DNA of 64,000 nt, counting the filler, from Stramenopiles sp. TOSAG23-6 (Eukaryota), in the NCBI GenBank assembly GCA_900128565.1. It is 9 parts of 9 records of this genome, joined end to end, with 100 filler letters (N's around TTAATTAATTAA, not from the genome) between each part and the next. Parts side by side here need not be neighbours in the genome. Positions count along the whole stretch, not along the records: positions 21,595 to 28,675 come from LT636612.1; positions 28,776 to 35,846 come from LT636613.1; 7 more parts are not named here. One strand, 5' to 3'. Positions 24,241 to 35,946 of the stretch are shown piece by piece (the stretch's first letter is position 1; each line of letters opens with the position of its first letter). The translations under genes were made by a program, and so were the position numbers. The notes beneath the pieces are model-generated. The model was not told the origin of the DNA and did not search any database. It saw nothing but the letters and a program-made list of their open reading frames with translations.

Positions 24241-27200
24241 TCACGAGTCAAAAAAACCATCGTCATCACTATCGCTGCTACCCCAAGTAGATTCTTCATC
24301 GTCTCCACCATCTTTCATCTGACCAAAATATGCCGCGTGATCAGGATTTAGATTTATATTTTCCTTTTGTCTTCTTTTTTGATTTCGTAACGCCAATTCG
24401 AATTGTGGCTGCGATAGTTTTGCCGGTTTCTTTCCTCTTGCCTTTGTTTTTAGTTGTACTCCATTCTGTATTTCTGATAATAACAAAGAAGATCTCGTTG
24501 GTCTCTTTGGAGCTAGACTTTTTGGTATCAAAACATCCTTTGCATTACGTCGAACTCTGTAACCTCGAGCAACAGCCTGGATTTTTCTTGCAGCAGCATC
24601 CTCCTCTGCATCCTTTGCATCACGACGACTACGATTAAAATCCACGATAAGTGGGTCACGACGAGCTCTGTGACCTCGAGCGAGAGCTTGGATTTTGCTT
24701 TCGGCAGCAGCATCACGACGCGCCTGGATTTTTGCTTGTGCCACTGCTTCTTGCTCTTCATCAAAATCGGGATCATATTCGTCGTCATCACTTGGGTCAG
24801 AATCCGTCCATTCTTCAGAATCCGTCAATTCTTCAAAAGCCGTCAATTCTTCAAAACCATCAAGTGTTTCGTCTGCTTCGACTGCTTCACATTCGCAAAA
24901 GTGTGCGGTTCGTTTGACTTGATATTGGTTTTGCATTACAATTTGCATCATTTCCTCTCCCTTTCTTTCGCACATTTGTCGATTCATTATTGTGTTTCTT
25001 TCAACCAAATTATGAATATAAATCATACCACCGGATGGCTTAAGATCTATAGAGAGAGGGAAATGTTTCAACGTCTCTTTATATAATTTTGTGGATTCGT
25101 CTTCGTCAAGGGCGGGAAGGTTTAGATAGAAGCACCAGCCTCGTTGCTCGGGCTGTTCGAGTTCTTCAAAAAATGTTTCAGCATCTTGGATCTCTTGACC
25201 AGATTCTTTAAGAACAAAAAAATTGACGAAATTCTGACTATTCTTTCCATTTTTACAAGTATCTGTACATTTACGCTTCAGATAATCTGCTGCTTTTGCT
25301 CTTGCTGCTGCTGCTTTTGTTTCTGCTCTTGCTGCTGCTGCTGCTCTTGCTTCTGGAGTAGCTTTTTCTTTTTCTTCAGCAATACGTTCTGCTTCTGCTT
25401 TTGCTGCTTGTTGGCGACGTCGAGCAGACTGAATGACTGTAGCTGCGTTTTCTGCTTTTGCTCTTGCTGCTGCTTCTTCTTTTGCTGCTTTTGCTGCTGC
25501 TGCTGCTTTTGTTTCTTCTTCTTCTGCTGCTGCTGCTGCTGCTTTTGCAGCAATTCGTGCTTCTTCTGCTGCTGTTTCTTCTTCTGCTGCTGCTGCTTCT
25601 GCTTTTGCTTTTGCCGCTGCAGACTGAATAGTTGTAGCAGCTTTCTGTCGTCGTTGTTGTTTTGCTTTAACTGCATTACCACGGGCAACAGCTTGAATAA
25701 CTGTAGCTGCTGCAGCAATTCGTTCTGCTTCTGCTTCTTCTGCTGCTGCTTGTGCATCTACTTCTGCTTTTGCTGCTGCTTGTGCTGCCGCTGCTTGTGC
25801 GCCTGCTTGTGCTTGTACTCTTTGTTGTTTTGTTGTTAATGTTGCTGCCGGTTGTACTGCTTGATTGAAATCAGCACCATTCTCAAGAAGTTGAACTACT
25901 TCAGCATGACCATTCAGTGAAGCAATAATCAATGGGGTATATTCGTTTTTATCATCCTGGTTGAGATTAGCACCAACAGCAATAAGTTTTGCAACTACTT
26001 TATCATTACCATTTGNTGAAGCAATAAGCAATGGGGTTTCTCCGTATTTGTTAGCCGTGTTGACATCAGCACCATTATCAAGAAGTACTTGAACTACTTC
26101 TGTATAACCAAACTCTGAAGCAGTAAACAATGGGGTTTCTCCATCCTCATTCTTCTTGTTGACATCAATTCCCTTTTCACCAAGAAGTAATTCAACTCTT
26201 TCAACATTACCATTCATTGAAGCAGTAAACAATGGGGTTTCTCCATACTCATTCTCCTTGTTGACATCAATTCCCTTTACATCAAGAAGTAATTCATCTC
26301 TTTCATCTCTATCAACATCACCTTTGTGTGAAGCATCAAATAAGACTGTTGGTGTTGGCATTCCTGGTGCTGCTGCTGCTGCTTTTGCTTCTGCTTTTGC
26401 TTTTGCTATATATTGTTTTGCTGCTTCTGCTTTTGCTTCTGCGGCTGCTGCTCCTGAAGACGATGATCCTGATGATGTTCCTGATGATGTTGCCTCCACG
26501 GCCTCTTCCCCTTCCTCTACCACGACCTCTTCCTCTACCGCGTCCTCTGCCTCGACCTTTGCTGGTGGTGCTGATGATGTTGCTGTTACTGTTGCTGTTG
26601 CTGATGCTGGTGCTGATGATGTTGCTGGTGCTGGTGCTGGTGCTGATGATGTTGCTGGTGCTGGTGCTGGTGCTGATCCACCACCACCACCTCCTCCGCC
26701 TGCTGGTGGTGCTGGTGTTGGTGCTGGTGTTGGAGGATCTGGATCATCATCTCCTGATCTACCACATTTTTGTGGTATTGCGCCTGTTGCTTTTGCCAAT
26801 TGCTCGCAATACTTTGTTTTGTCTGATGGTCCTTTACTGTTCTTACCTCTCGAAACATTAAAGCTCAAAATAATTGAACCCGGTTTCACAGAAATACCCT
26901 TGATTCCCTTTACTACAGAATCTCCATTTTCCTCCACCGCATGTATAATCTTTTTCTTTTTATCGATATAGTCATTATTCGGATCATACGCATCTGAAAA
27001 ATGCAACTTAATAGAAATTTTCTTCTTTTTTAGAAAGACCAACGGAATTAAAATACCAAACGTTGTAGCAATCGCAAGAAGACAGACAACAAGTATAATT
27101 ACTTTTTGTTTTGTCCAGAATGTTTTTTTCTTACTTGTACTTGACTTCTCTCCCAACAATGGAGTCTCGGATGGCTCGGATGATGTCGTCATATTATTTG

Positions 27201-27255
27201 CTTTTGACTTCTCTCCCAACAATGGAGTCTCGGATGACTCGGATGATGTCGTCAT
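24241..27255 (-). CDS. Intronless single-TM protein with ankyrin repeats, IQ-like motifs, Ala-rich coiled coil and a C-terminal WH2-like/acidic tail
   Basis: TM segment VIILVVCLLAIATTFGILIPLVFL; GETPLFTAS ankyrin repeats; IQAVARG and IQALARGHRAR; LLSEIQNGVQLK; acidic end DDEESTW. First ATG at 27255. Confidence 0.8.
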   Translation of the reverse strand: MTTSSESSETPLLGEKSKANNMTTSSEPSETPLLGEKSSTSKKKTFWTKQKVIILVVCLLAIATTFGILIPLVFLKKKKISIKLHFSDAYDPNNDYIDKKKKIIHAVEENGDSVVKGIKGISVKPGSIILSFNVSRGKNSKGPSDKTKYCEQLAKATGAIPQKCGRSGDDDPDPPTPAPTPAPPAGGGGGGGGSAPAPAPATSSAPAPAPATSSAPASATATVTATSSAPPAKVEAEDAVEEEVVVEEGEEAVEATSSGTSSGSSSSGAAAAEAKAEAAKQYIAKAKAEAKAAAAAPGMPTPTVLFDASHKGDVDRDERDELLLDVKGIDVNKENEYGETPLFTASMNGNVERVELLLGEKGIDVNKKNEDGETPLFTASEFGYTEVVQVLLDNGADVNTANKYGETPLLIASXNGNDKVVAKLIAVGANLNQDDKNEYTPLIIASLNGHAEVVQLLENGADFNQAVQPAATLTTKQQRVQAQAGAQAAAAQAAAKAEVDAQAAAEEAEAERIAAAATVIQAVARGNAVKAKQQRRQKAATTIQSAAAKAKAEAAAAEEETAAEEARIAAKAAAAAAEEEETKAAAAAKAAKEEAAARAKAENAATVIQSARRRQQAAKAEAERIAEEKEKATPEARAAAAARAETKAAAARAKAADYLKRKCTDTCKNGKNSQNFVNFFVLKESGQEIQDAETFFEELEQPEQRGWCFYLNLPALDEDESTKLYKETLKHFPLSIDLKPSGGMIYIHNLVERNTIMNRQMCERKGEEMMQIVMQNQYQVKRTAHFCECEAVEADETLDGFEELTAFEELTDSEEWTDSDPSDDDEYDPDFDEEQEAVAQAKIQARRDAAAESKIQALARGHRARRDPLIVDFNRSRRDAKDAEEDAAARKIQAVARGYRVRRNAKDVLIPKSLAPKRPTRSSLLLSEIQNGVQLKTKARGKKPAKLSQPQFELALRNQKRRQKENINLNPDHAAYFGQMKDGGDDEESTWGSSDSDDDGFFDS

Positions 27256-27702
27256 ATTATTTGCTTTTGCTACTTGTCTTTGTTGTACACTTTGAATACA
27301 GAATATATTAGTATCGTGTGCACCACACGACGATTTACAAGCCAAACAGTGTAAACAAATAGAGAAAAACGCTGGAACGACGATTTGGATACGATTTTTA
27401 TAACCGACGGGTAACTACTCAAAAAGTCGGAGATTTTCCGAAAATTTCGAATCTCAAAAATCTTTTCGAAATTGACATTTTTTTTGAACGAAAAAAAAAA
27501 CGAAAAAAAATTAAACATGAATAATTAAAAAAAAAAAAGAAATCTCTTTAAATAACGTATTGCTGCTACCATGGCCATTCAACTAAAGAATGTATAGATT
27601 TAAATTTTGTTTTATTTATTTTTTACTTTTTTGTAATATTTTTTGTACCAAACAATTTTTTTNACTTTTTTTTAAATTTTTTTAAAATTTTTTTTAAATT
27701 TT

Positions 27703-28171
27703 TTAAAAACTTGAATCAAAAGAATGATACTTTAAAGGTGATATTTTCATTGTTGTAGGTGAATGTAGAGAAATTGGTTCAATATTTCTAAATTCGCTTG
27801 GTGAAAATAAATTTTCATTGAAATTAAAATGTTGAGGATTTCGTGTTGATTGAAAATGATTTTGTTGTTCATCACTAATAATATCCCGTTGATGATCATT
27901 TGTGGGTGTATTTACATTTGTAGTTATATTTGATTGTTGTACTGGAGTATTACATGATTGAAGTATTGGACTACCAAACGAGTATCCTTCGTTAATTAGA
28001 TCAACACCTCGTTGGTCTCGTAATAAAGATTCAGAGTTTGTTTGAATTGGATCTGGGGAATGTTGTTGTCTGTAGATTTCGTGTTTTTTTTTTTTTTGCC
28101 AAGGTGGACAAGTATTCGGTCCTCGTCTTCGTTGATAGTTTGGGTTTTCATAATTTCGATATTGTCCATAC

Positions 28172-28219
<48 letters not shown>

Positions 28220-28506
28220 ATATATTTTTCATGTTTTTGATAATTTTGATAATTTGAATAATTTTGTTGTTGACTAGGGTTAGGGTTATGTGAATGTTGT
28301 CCATATTCTTGATACATTGGTTTTATTATAGTATGATGATGTTCCTCTGCACTACGACTCCATGGAGAAATTGGTCTCATTACGTCAGGTTTGTTCCAAA
28401 AGCCAATGGGCGAATTAGGGTTAGGGTTAGGGTGAATTTCAATGGGTTTAATTTCAACAATTGTTTGACAACCTCCATTGTCCTTGATGACATGTAATTG
28501 AGGTTC
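27703..28506 (-). CDS. Terminal exon of a Gln/Asn-rich low-complexity protein
   Basis: The ORF begins right after an intron 3' end (AAAATACAT, ending 28507) and contains a polyQ tract. Confidence 0.6.
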
Positions 28507-28775
28507 ATGTATTTTGAAAAAATATTTCAAAAAAAAAAAAAAATGTTTTTTGGTTAGGTACAAAATTTACTAAAAAAAAATTTACTAAAAAAAACCAAAA
28601 AAAAAAAAAAATTCATACAAAAAAAATTCACAAAAAAAAAAAAAAATATTTTTTTTTTGTTTAGGTACAAAATTTNNNNNNNNNNNNNNNNNNNNNNNNN
28701 NNNNNNNNNNNNNNNNNNNTTAATTAATTAANNNNNNNNNNNNNNNNNNNNNNNNNNNNNNNNNNNNNNNNNNNN

Positions 28776-30729
28776 TACAATATTCCATATGAATTCTATT
28801 ATTACTAGGGTTAGGGTTAGGGTGTTTAGCATAATAAAGATCATTACAATATTCCATATGAATTCTATTATTACTAGGGTTAGGGTTAGGGTGTTTAGCA
28901 TAATAAAGATCATTACAATATTCCATATGAATTAATTTTTGAGTGATTGTATCATTATATTCAGATAATTCACATAATTCATTTTTAACTTTGGTATATT
29001 TTTGTATAATATTTTTAATTTCACAATTTTTTGAATGTTTTGAATTAGGGTTAGGGTTAGTCATTGAAAAAATTCTATTGTTATTTTGTATATTCATATT
29101 ATTTTGATTATTTTGTGTATTATTTTGTGAATTATTTTGAGATGTTTGTGAGATATCATCATTAGGGTTAGGGTTTTCACAAGTTGTTGTTGTTGCTGTT
29201 GTGTCGTTTTTTAACTGTAATCGCAATTTATTAATTTCAGCTTTTAATTTAGCTATTGTCTTAGACTCAATCTCAGATGAACTTTCATTCTTTATTGCTT
29301 TATTTTTGATATTTCGTGCACGATTAGCATATATTGTTAAGACATATATAGACGAGACAATTGGTGAGATGTGAAATTTTTACTACAAAAAAAATTTAAA
29401 AAAAAATTAAAAAAAAAAAATTTTTAAAATTAAAAAAAAAAATTTAAAAAAAAATTCAAAAAAAAAAAAATTAAATCGTAAATTCATATTGAAAACATAC
29501 ATAATGTAATGTAGACATTGATTCTTCATGATTTGATAATGCAGGTGAAACACACGAAATAATCAAAGTTCTTGAGTTTCCACCTAAACTATCCCGTAAA
29601 ATTCGTGTCAATTTTGAATCTCTATATGGTATAAAAATAATTTGAAAAATATTTCAAAATTTCAATTTTTTTTTTGTTAGGTATAAAAATTTTTTTTAAC
29701 GGAAACCAAAAAAAAAAAAAAAAATTTTGAAAAATTTTGAAAAAAATTGAAAACGTATATAAAGCTTTTTTACTTTTACCCTTATTTTTTTTTTTATTCG
29801 ATTTTTCACATTTTTCAGATTTTTGATTGTTTTGTGTTTTTTTACTTTTTGGTGTTTTTGGTGTTTTTGGAAATTTTGGTGTTTTTGGAGTTATTCCATC
29901 ATCACCTAAAGCCGATATGACATTACCTAATGCAAGTAAACCTTTATTTATATTTATACCCTCTCGCATATTAAATCACGAAATATTCAAAAAAAAAATT
30001 TCAAATTTTTTTTGTTAGGTACAAAGTTTACTACGAATTATTTTTTTTACATTAGGGTTAGGGTTATAATAAAAACATACATTCGTATTCCAGATGAACC
30101 TGTTCGCTTTGCACGTTCACTTCCAGCAAGGTCAACAAACGTAAATTTTGAAAGAATATATTTTGTATTTTTTTGTGTTTTTTGTGTTTTTGAATTTTTT
30201 TCATTTTTTTCATCTGAAATTGTTGTAATTTTCTGTCTAATTTTCATTGTAAAAATTGCATGTGAACGAGACGACGCTGAATTCATGTAATGTTTGATAC
30301 ATAGTACATATTTGAATTGTATTTTTAGTTTACTTTTTTTATAGGAAAAAATTAAAAAAATAATTTAAAAAAAAATTTAAAAAAAAATTAAATTTTTTTT
30401 TTAAAACTCGTTAGGTACAAAATTTCGTACGAAAACCAAAAAAAAAAAAAAAAAAAATTATTCATTGTAAAGAAAAACTACATCTGCGTTTCTCCTGTGA
30501 TTCGATGTTGACTACATTTATGTAAAAAATTTGACATTTCGTGTTTTGAATGAACTAATTCTTCATGTAGGCCTTCTATTGTGACACCTCCTTTTGAAGC
30601 ATCTCGTATAGAAATTTTCTTACTTGAATGAACATTTGATAAATCTCGAAGATTTTCTCCATGTATTGTGGAAAAAAAAAAAAATTCAAAATTGGTCAAT
30701 ATTTTTTTGTTAGGTATGAAATTTCGTAC

Positions 30730-30771
<42 letters not shown>

Positions 30772-30806
30772 AAAAAAAAATTTTTTTTTAGGTAAAAAAT
30801 TTCCTA

Positions 30807-30844
<38 letters not shown>

Positions 30845-31515
30845 GTACATACACCTCAAGAAAAGATAAATAAATGTTAATTTCAACAGTTGTGTTTTTC
30901 GTGTTACTTGTATTTGATTGATTCTTCATATCAAATGTTTCATTTTCATCAAATGTTTCATTTTTTGTACGATTTTTATTGTAAAGTGACGTCATCAAAG
31001 TTCGTTTTTTGACCTCATTTTCAACACTTTGGAAAACTCTAGGAATATATTTCAAAAAATATTTCAAAAAAAAAAAATTAATTTGTTAGGTACAAAATTT
31101 CGTACGAAAAAAAACTCCATTTTTTTTTTAGGCTCAAAAAAAAAAATAAATCATACATGATTCCATTATTTGAGTTCGATTCATTTTTCATTGAAGCTGC
31201 ACTACCCATTGTATATGTCTTACCTGAACCTGTTTGACCATATGCAATCACAGTTGCGTTAAACCCTTCAAAACAATTACTAACAAGATCTTTAACACAA
31301 GTGGAATAAATGTCATCTTGAGTCGATGTCGGATCAAATAGAAAGTCAAAAGTAAAATTTGTACTATTATTGTCACTTGTTCCAATTTTTAATTGAGGTG
31401 GGATAGTTGCAATCTTTTCAATACAAATTGAATCATTATTGTCTAGCTCTTTTTGTCCTAAAGGACGAATACGAACAGCTACTCGAACCCTACCCGAATC
31501 TTTTGCGTTGCTCAT
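28776..31515 (-). CDS. Kinesin motor protein, kinesin-4-like, 3'-partial. Introns at 31045-31156, 30661-30848, 30285-30481, 29968-30080, ~29625-29758, 29329-29500
   Basis: [30 protein letters not shown] and [18 protein letters not shown] within exons. Splicing restores [42 protein letters not shown] and [15 protein letters not shown]. Confidence 0.95.
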
Positions 31516-31786
31516 TTTTTGTCTTGACTAGTCAATTTGTGTACGTCACGTATTGTTACAGAATCATCTAATATGTACAACAAACTTGATTGCACTTATA
31601 TATAAAATAGACTCCTTTACTGGGAATTATGTACGAAATTGTATGAGAGAAAAAAACCCAACAACATACTAAAGTTGTACTACGTACCGTAAAATATATT
31701 TTTTGAGGAGGAGGAAGAGTTCTCGTTCTCTCTCGATTTTTTTTTAGTATTAAATAGTTTCAAAATTTTGATTTTGATGTGTCCTA

Positions 31787-32362
31787 GCGAGTTGGAATTG
31801 ATTTCGTGGTTGGCATTGCTGACGGTTTTCAATTTCGGATTTCCCAAAGCAAAAGGGTCAAAAAAAGCAAAAAAAGCAAAAAAATAAGTTATCCTGCAAA
31901 GAAAAGCTAAAAGAATGATTTTTACTCCCACTTATTCCACTCAAGGATCAAGAGTAATGAAAAACAGCAAACAGTATACAAGCTATGGTATTCAACATCA
32001 AATTAAAAGTAAAAATAAAAAAAATTAATTTTGGAAGAATACAAATTTGAAATTGCGTGCCAGATTTTCAGATTTCGTGTTACCCGGGATTAAATTTAAA
32101 TTATTATTTGTCAACTCAGACATCAGTACCTCAACTGTTTAAACCTTCAACATGTTCTATTTTATTAATAAATAATGATTTAGTACTAGAGTCTATATAC
32201 ACATCTAATACAGCATTATACAAGTCCTCAAGGGTGCTGATGTAATATTTTCATTAATTTGCTTTTTTTTGCTTTTTTAGCTGATTTTGCTTTGGGTATG
32301 GTTTTCGGATTTCATTTTGGACGAGTGCTGCAATGCCAACCACGAAATCAATTCCAACTCGC
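31787..32362. mobile_element. Putative MITE / non-autonomous DNA transposon with 33-bp perfect inverted repeats
   Basis: GCGAGTTGGAATTGATTTCGTGGTTGGCATTGC at 31787-31819 and its exact reverse complement at 32330-32362, plus imperfect inner inverted repeats; no convincing ORF. Confidence 0.6.
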
Positions 32363-32605
32363 CTAAAAATCCAAAAAATCGAAATCCAAAAAATCCAAAA
32401 AAGAAAACGAAAAAAAAACGAAAAAAAAATATTTATATAAAATACAAAATTTACAAATTATATTAAAATAAAATGAATTACACGTAGCTACAGTATGTAG
32501 TAGCAATACCTAGCTAGTTCGAGTTATTTCCGTCTACACACACGTAATTCATTTTTGTATGTTTTATTTTCGTGTTTCCCTAACCCTAACCCTAGCTAGT
32601 TCGAG

Positions 32606-33842
32606 TTATTTCCGTCTACACGCACGTAATTCATTTTTGTATGTTTTATTTTCGTGTTTTAGTTTTTGAATTATTTTCGTTTTTTCTTCGATGATTTTGA
32701 GTAATTCATTAATTAGTACCTCATGGGATGTAGATAAATTTTGTTTTGTTTCTTTTTTAATTTGTTGATTTNTGAGAGATGAATTTTGTTTTGTTTCTTT
32801 TTTAATTTTGTTTTCAATTGAACTCATTTTTTTTTTTTTTTTCATATTTTCCTGCATTGGTTGTTGGCATTTTGAATCTTTCAAATTTGTACTTTCAGTT
32901 TCAGAAAATGATCTTTTTTTTGTTTTTTGTACATTTTGTTGTGCTACATTTTTTTCAACTTGGTCCAAAGTACAGTTTTTTTTTGTGATTTGTTTTTTTG
33001 GCTTTTTTGGCTTTTTTGACAATTTTGACAATTTTGTTTTTTTTTGTTCTAGAAAAGATTCTAAAGGTAAATGTCGATGAAATGGCGATGTACATTGTTG
33101 AAATACAACAATTGCACCAATATCAAAATTATGTCCAGTTTTATTTTTTTTTCTTTCCCCTCGGCTTCCTTCATTTTGTTCTCTTAAGAAATCTTCAACA
33201 TTTTGTTTTCCAATTATTTTTTTGGCTACGAGAAACCAGCCACGTATTCATTGTAAATGGTATACATACATGTTTTTTATACTATGTGTAAGAATTTTAA
33301 GTTGTGTATGTAATAACAATAACAAGTAGGGGATAAAGAAAAAATAAAATATACATTGTCCACAATTTGTCTTTTTTTTTCTTTGAAATTGCAAATATAT
33401 GATAATTTAATGGTATTCTATTAACTGTTGTAAGTCTATTTTTTGTATTGGATATCCAACATTCACCACGGAGGAGAAACCGAGGGTTCCAATCTTCCTT
33501 TACTTGTAACAAAACTGGTCCTGAACACGGTTGAGGTGCTTTTTTTGTATTCATGTTTTCAAATTCATCAAATGTTCCAATTTGACCATTACATTGAAAT
33601 AATGCACCACGTCCTGTTTGTTTGATACCACGACTTCTACGGAAAAGACCAGATGCTGCTTGCCCTTGAAGAACTTTTTGAATCTCTGATTTGTTCCCGA
33701 GTGATATTGTTGTGTTCACTTGTTGATTGAGTTTTTCAAATAAATGTATATGTGATTGTGTAAGGTTTGCGTGACATACAGAAATATTACTTTTACATTC
33801 ACTTTTAATATGTAGACTGGTTATACAACTATTTTTTGCCAT
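32606..33842 (-). CDS. Hypothetical protein(s): a 181-aa ORF (33297-33842) and a Lys-rich coiled-coil ORF (32606-33031), connection unresolved
   Basis: Two same-strand ORFs. I could not find a splice joining them without a stop codon. Confidence 0.35.
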
Positions 33843-34220
33843 TATGTAGATAAATCAAAACATTGTTTGGATACAATTGTTTGTGCGTTACTACAACTAA
33901 CTATTATGTAGTAACTATACTATATACTGTAGCTAATAGCTACTGTTATTATCTCTACTATACTAGTTTTATACTGTTGTAGTAGTAGTACGCAGTGCCA
34001 CCAAGGGAATAAGTTATATTCTTCCTTTGGCTTTGGCCGGGGGTTGTCAAAACATTCTTTGCTTTTGAAATAAAACCCTAACCCTAGCCTATAGTAATTT
34101 TTTTATTTCGACCGCGTGTGACAGTGACTTGTCTTGTGACACACAAACAACTACAAGAATTAATTACGATACTACAGTAGTATGCAAGTCTATAACCAAA
34201 GTATTGACAACTAAATAAAA

Positions 34221-34859
34221 ATGATAACAAATAGCGTAACTTCACATACAAAGACCTGGGAGAAACCTGCAAGATTTGTTACAGGTTCGTCTCTAATCGG
34301 AGCAAGTATTGGTGCAGGGTATCACGTATTTGGTGCTACTGCTGCAAAAATCCAGGGCTTCCCAGTTGTTTGGTCGTCTGTTTACAAATTAGCTAGACGT
34401 TCTTGTCTTCGGTTTGGAATGATTGGTGGCTGTTTTGCATTATCATACGCTACATGTGCAACATATTGTCATGATTCACATCGTATAGGTACGTTACTTT
34501 CTGGAGGTATTGGCTTAGTCAGTGGAACAGTAGTGGATTCTGCATCAATGAAAACAACAATGACAAAGTTTAGTGTTAGCCGACCCTACCTTCTCTCGAG
34601 TATGTTTTTAAGTGGGTTTATTTTTCTTGGTGGTGGTACTTTACTTGTAGAAAGAATGTTACATCAACCTCTTTATTCTACTAATAGGTTACTTGAACCA
34701 AAAATTGTACCAAATTGTGAAAAAATAGACAAATCCGATAGAAATGACACATTGTTACAATTGTCAAATAATAATGAATTAAATACATCAAATACTACAA
34801 GCATACATACACAATATGATGATAATAGACAGAATAATTCTGGAACTTTTTTCAAATGA
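34221..34859 (+). CDS. Small Gly-rich membrane protein, possibly Tim17/Tim22/Tim23-family
   Basis: GxxxG-rich hydrophobic segments (LIGASIGAG, FGMIGGCF...C, LSGGIGLVSG). Confidence 0.45.
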   Translation: MITNSVTSHTKTWEKPARFVTGSSLIGASIGAGYHVFGATAAKIQGFPVVWSSVYKLARRSCLRFGMIGGCFALSYATCATYCHDSHRIGTLLSGGIGLVSGTVVDSASMKTTMTKFSVSRPYLLSSMFLSGFIFLGGGTLLVERMLHQPLYSTNRLLEPKIVPNCEKIDKSDRNDTLLQLSNNNELNTSNTTSIHTQYDDNRQNNSGTFFK

Positions 34860-35049
34860 TTTTTTTTTATTTTTTTGTTACACAAAAAATGTTCTACAAC
34901 CCTAACCCTAACGGAACAGGGTTAGGGTAATTTCTACCCTTACAATAAAAATGGTACATAAATAATAAAGGAAATATCTAATAAAACATATAAACAATAC
35001 ATTTTAAAATGAAGTTTTGATTTTAAAAAAAAAAAAAATATTTTAAAAA

Positions 35050-35650
35050 TCATTGTAAAAATGGATGCTCTAGCAAACAACTTGCTGAAAGTCTCATTGA
35101 TGCATTTACACAAAGTAATTTTTGAATTACGTCTTTTACTTCATCACTTAAATTTCCATAGATTTCGTTACTTGTATCAAAATCACCATTTAAAATATTT
35201 TCAACAATTTGACTATCACTTTCATCAGCGGTTGGATCAAATGGGTGAATTCCACATACCCTTTATTTGTAAAAGATAAATACACTTTTTTTTTTTTTTT
35301 TTTTTTTTTAAATGTTAGGTACGAAATTTCGTATGAAAAAAATGAAGAAAATATATATATTTTTTTTTTTTTTTTTTTTTAGGTACGAAATTTCGTATGA
35401 AAAAAATATTTTTTGATGAAAAAAAACCTACATTACATAAAGTATAACACCCAATGACCACATATATTGTGCAAAAAAACACGAAATCATGAAAAAAATC
35501 GTTAGGTACGAAATTTCGTATGAAAAAATAAATATATTAATAAATTCATGATGAAAATGTACATATCAGATTGTGTCATTGAAACTGTATCCTTCATCAT
35601 CGTTTCGGGCGCAGCGTAGCACCATGTGCCACCAAAGAAACGTCCCGGTA
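35050..35650 (-). CDS. CAMK-like Ser/Thr protein kinase, C-terminal exons. Introns at 35462-35562 (GT-AT) and 35261-35431 (GT-AG)
   Basis: GTWCYAAPE; spliced SDMWSLGVILYVMVCGIHPFD; ends in RLSASCLLEHPFLQ-stop. Confidence 0.9.
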
Positions 35651-35946
35651 TATTTTGTGAGATATATATATAAATTTTTTTTTTTTTAAATGTTAGGTAC
35701 GAAATTTCGTATGAAAAAATAAATTTGAAAAAAAAATTGAAAAAAAAAAAAAAAAAAAATGTTAGGTACGAAATTTCGTATGAAAAAAAAAATTTGAAAA
35801 AAAAAAAATTCAAATTTTCAAAAAAAAAAAAAAAAACACACTTTTCNNNNNNNNNNNNNNNNNNNNNNNNNNNNNNNNNNNNNNNNNNNNTTAATTAATT
35901 AANNNNNNNNNNNNNNNNNNNNNNNNNNNNNNNNNNNNNNNNNNNN

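Noticed and set aside
28776-28935. Tandem repeat at the 3' end of the kinesin fragment
   Set aside because: It lies at a contig end and cannot be distinguished from an assembly loop.
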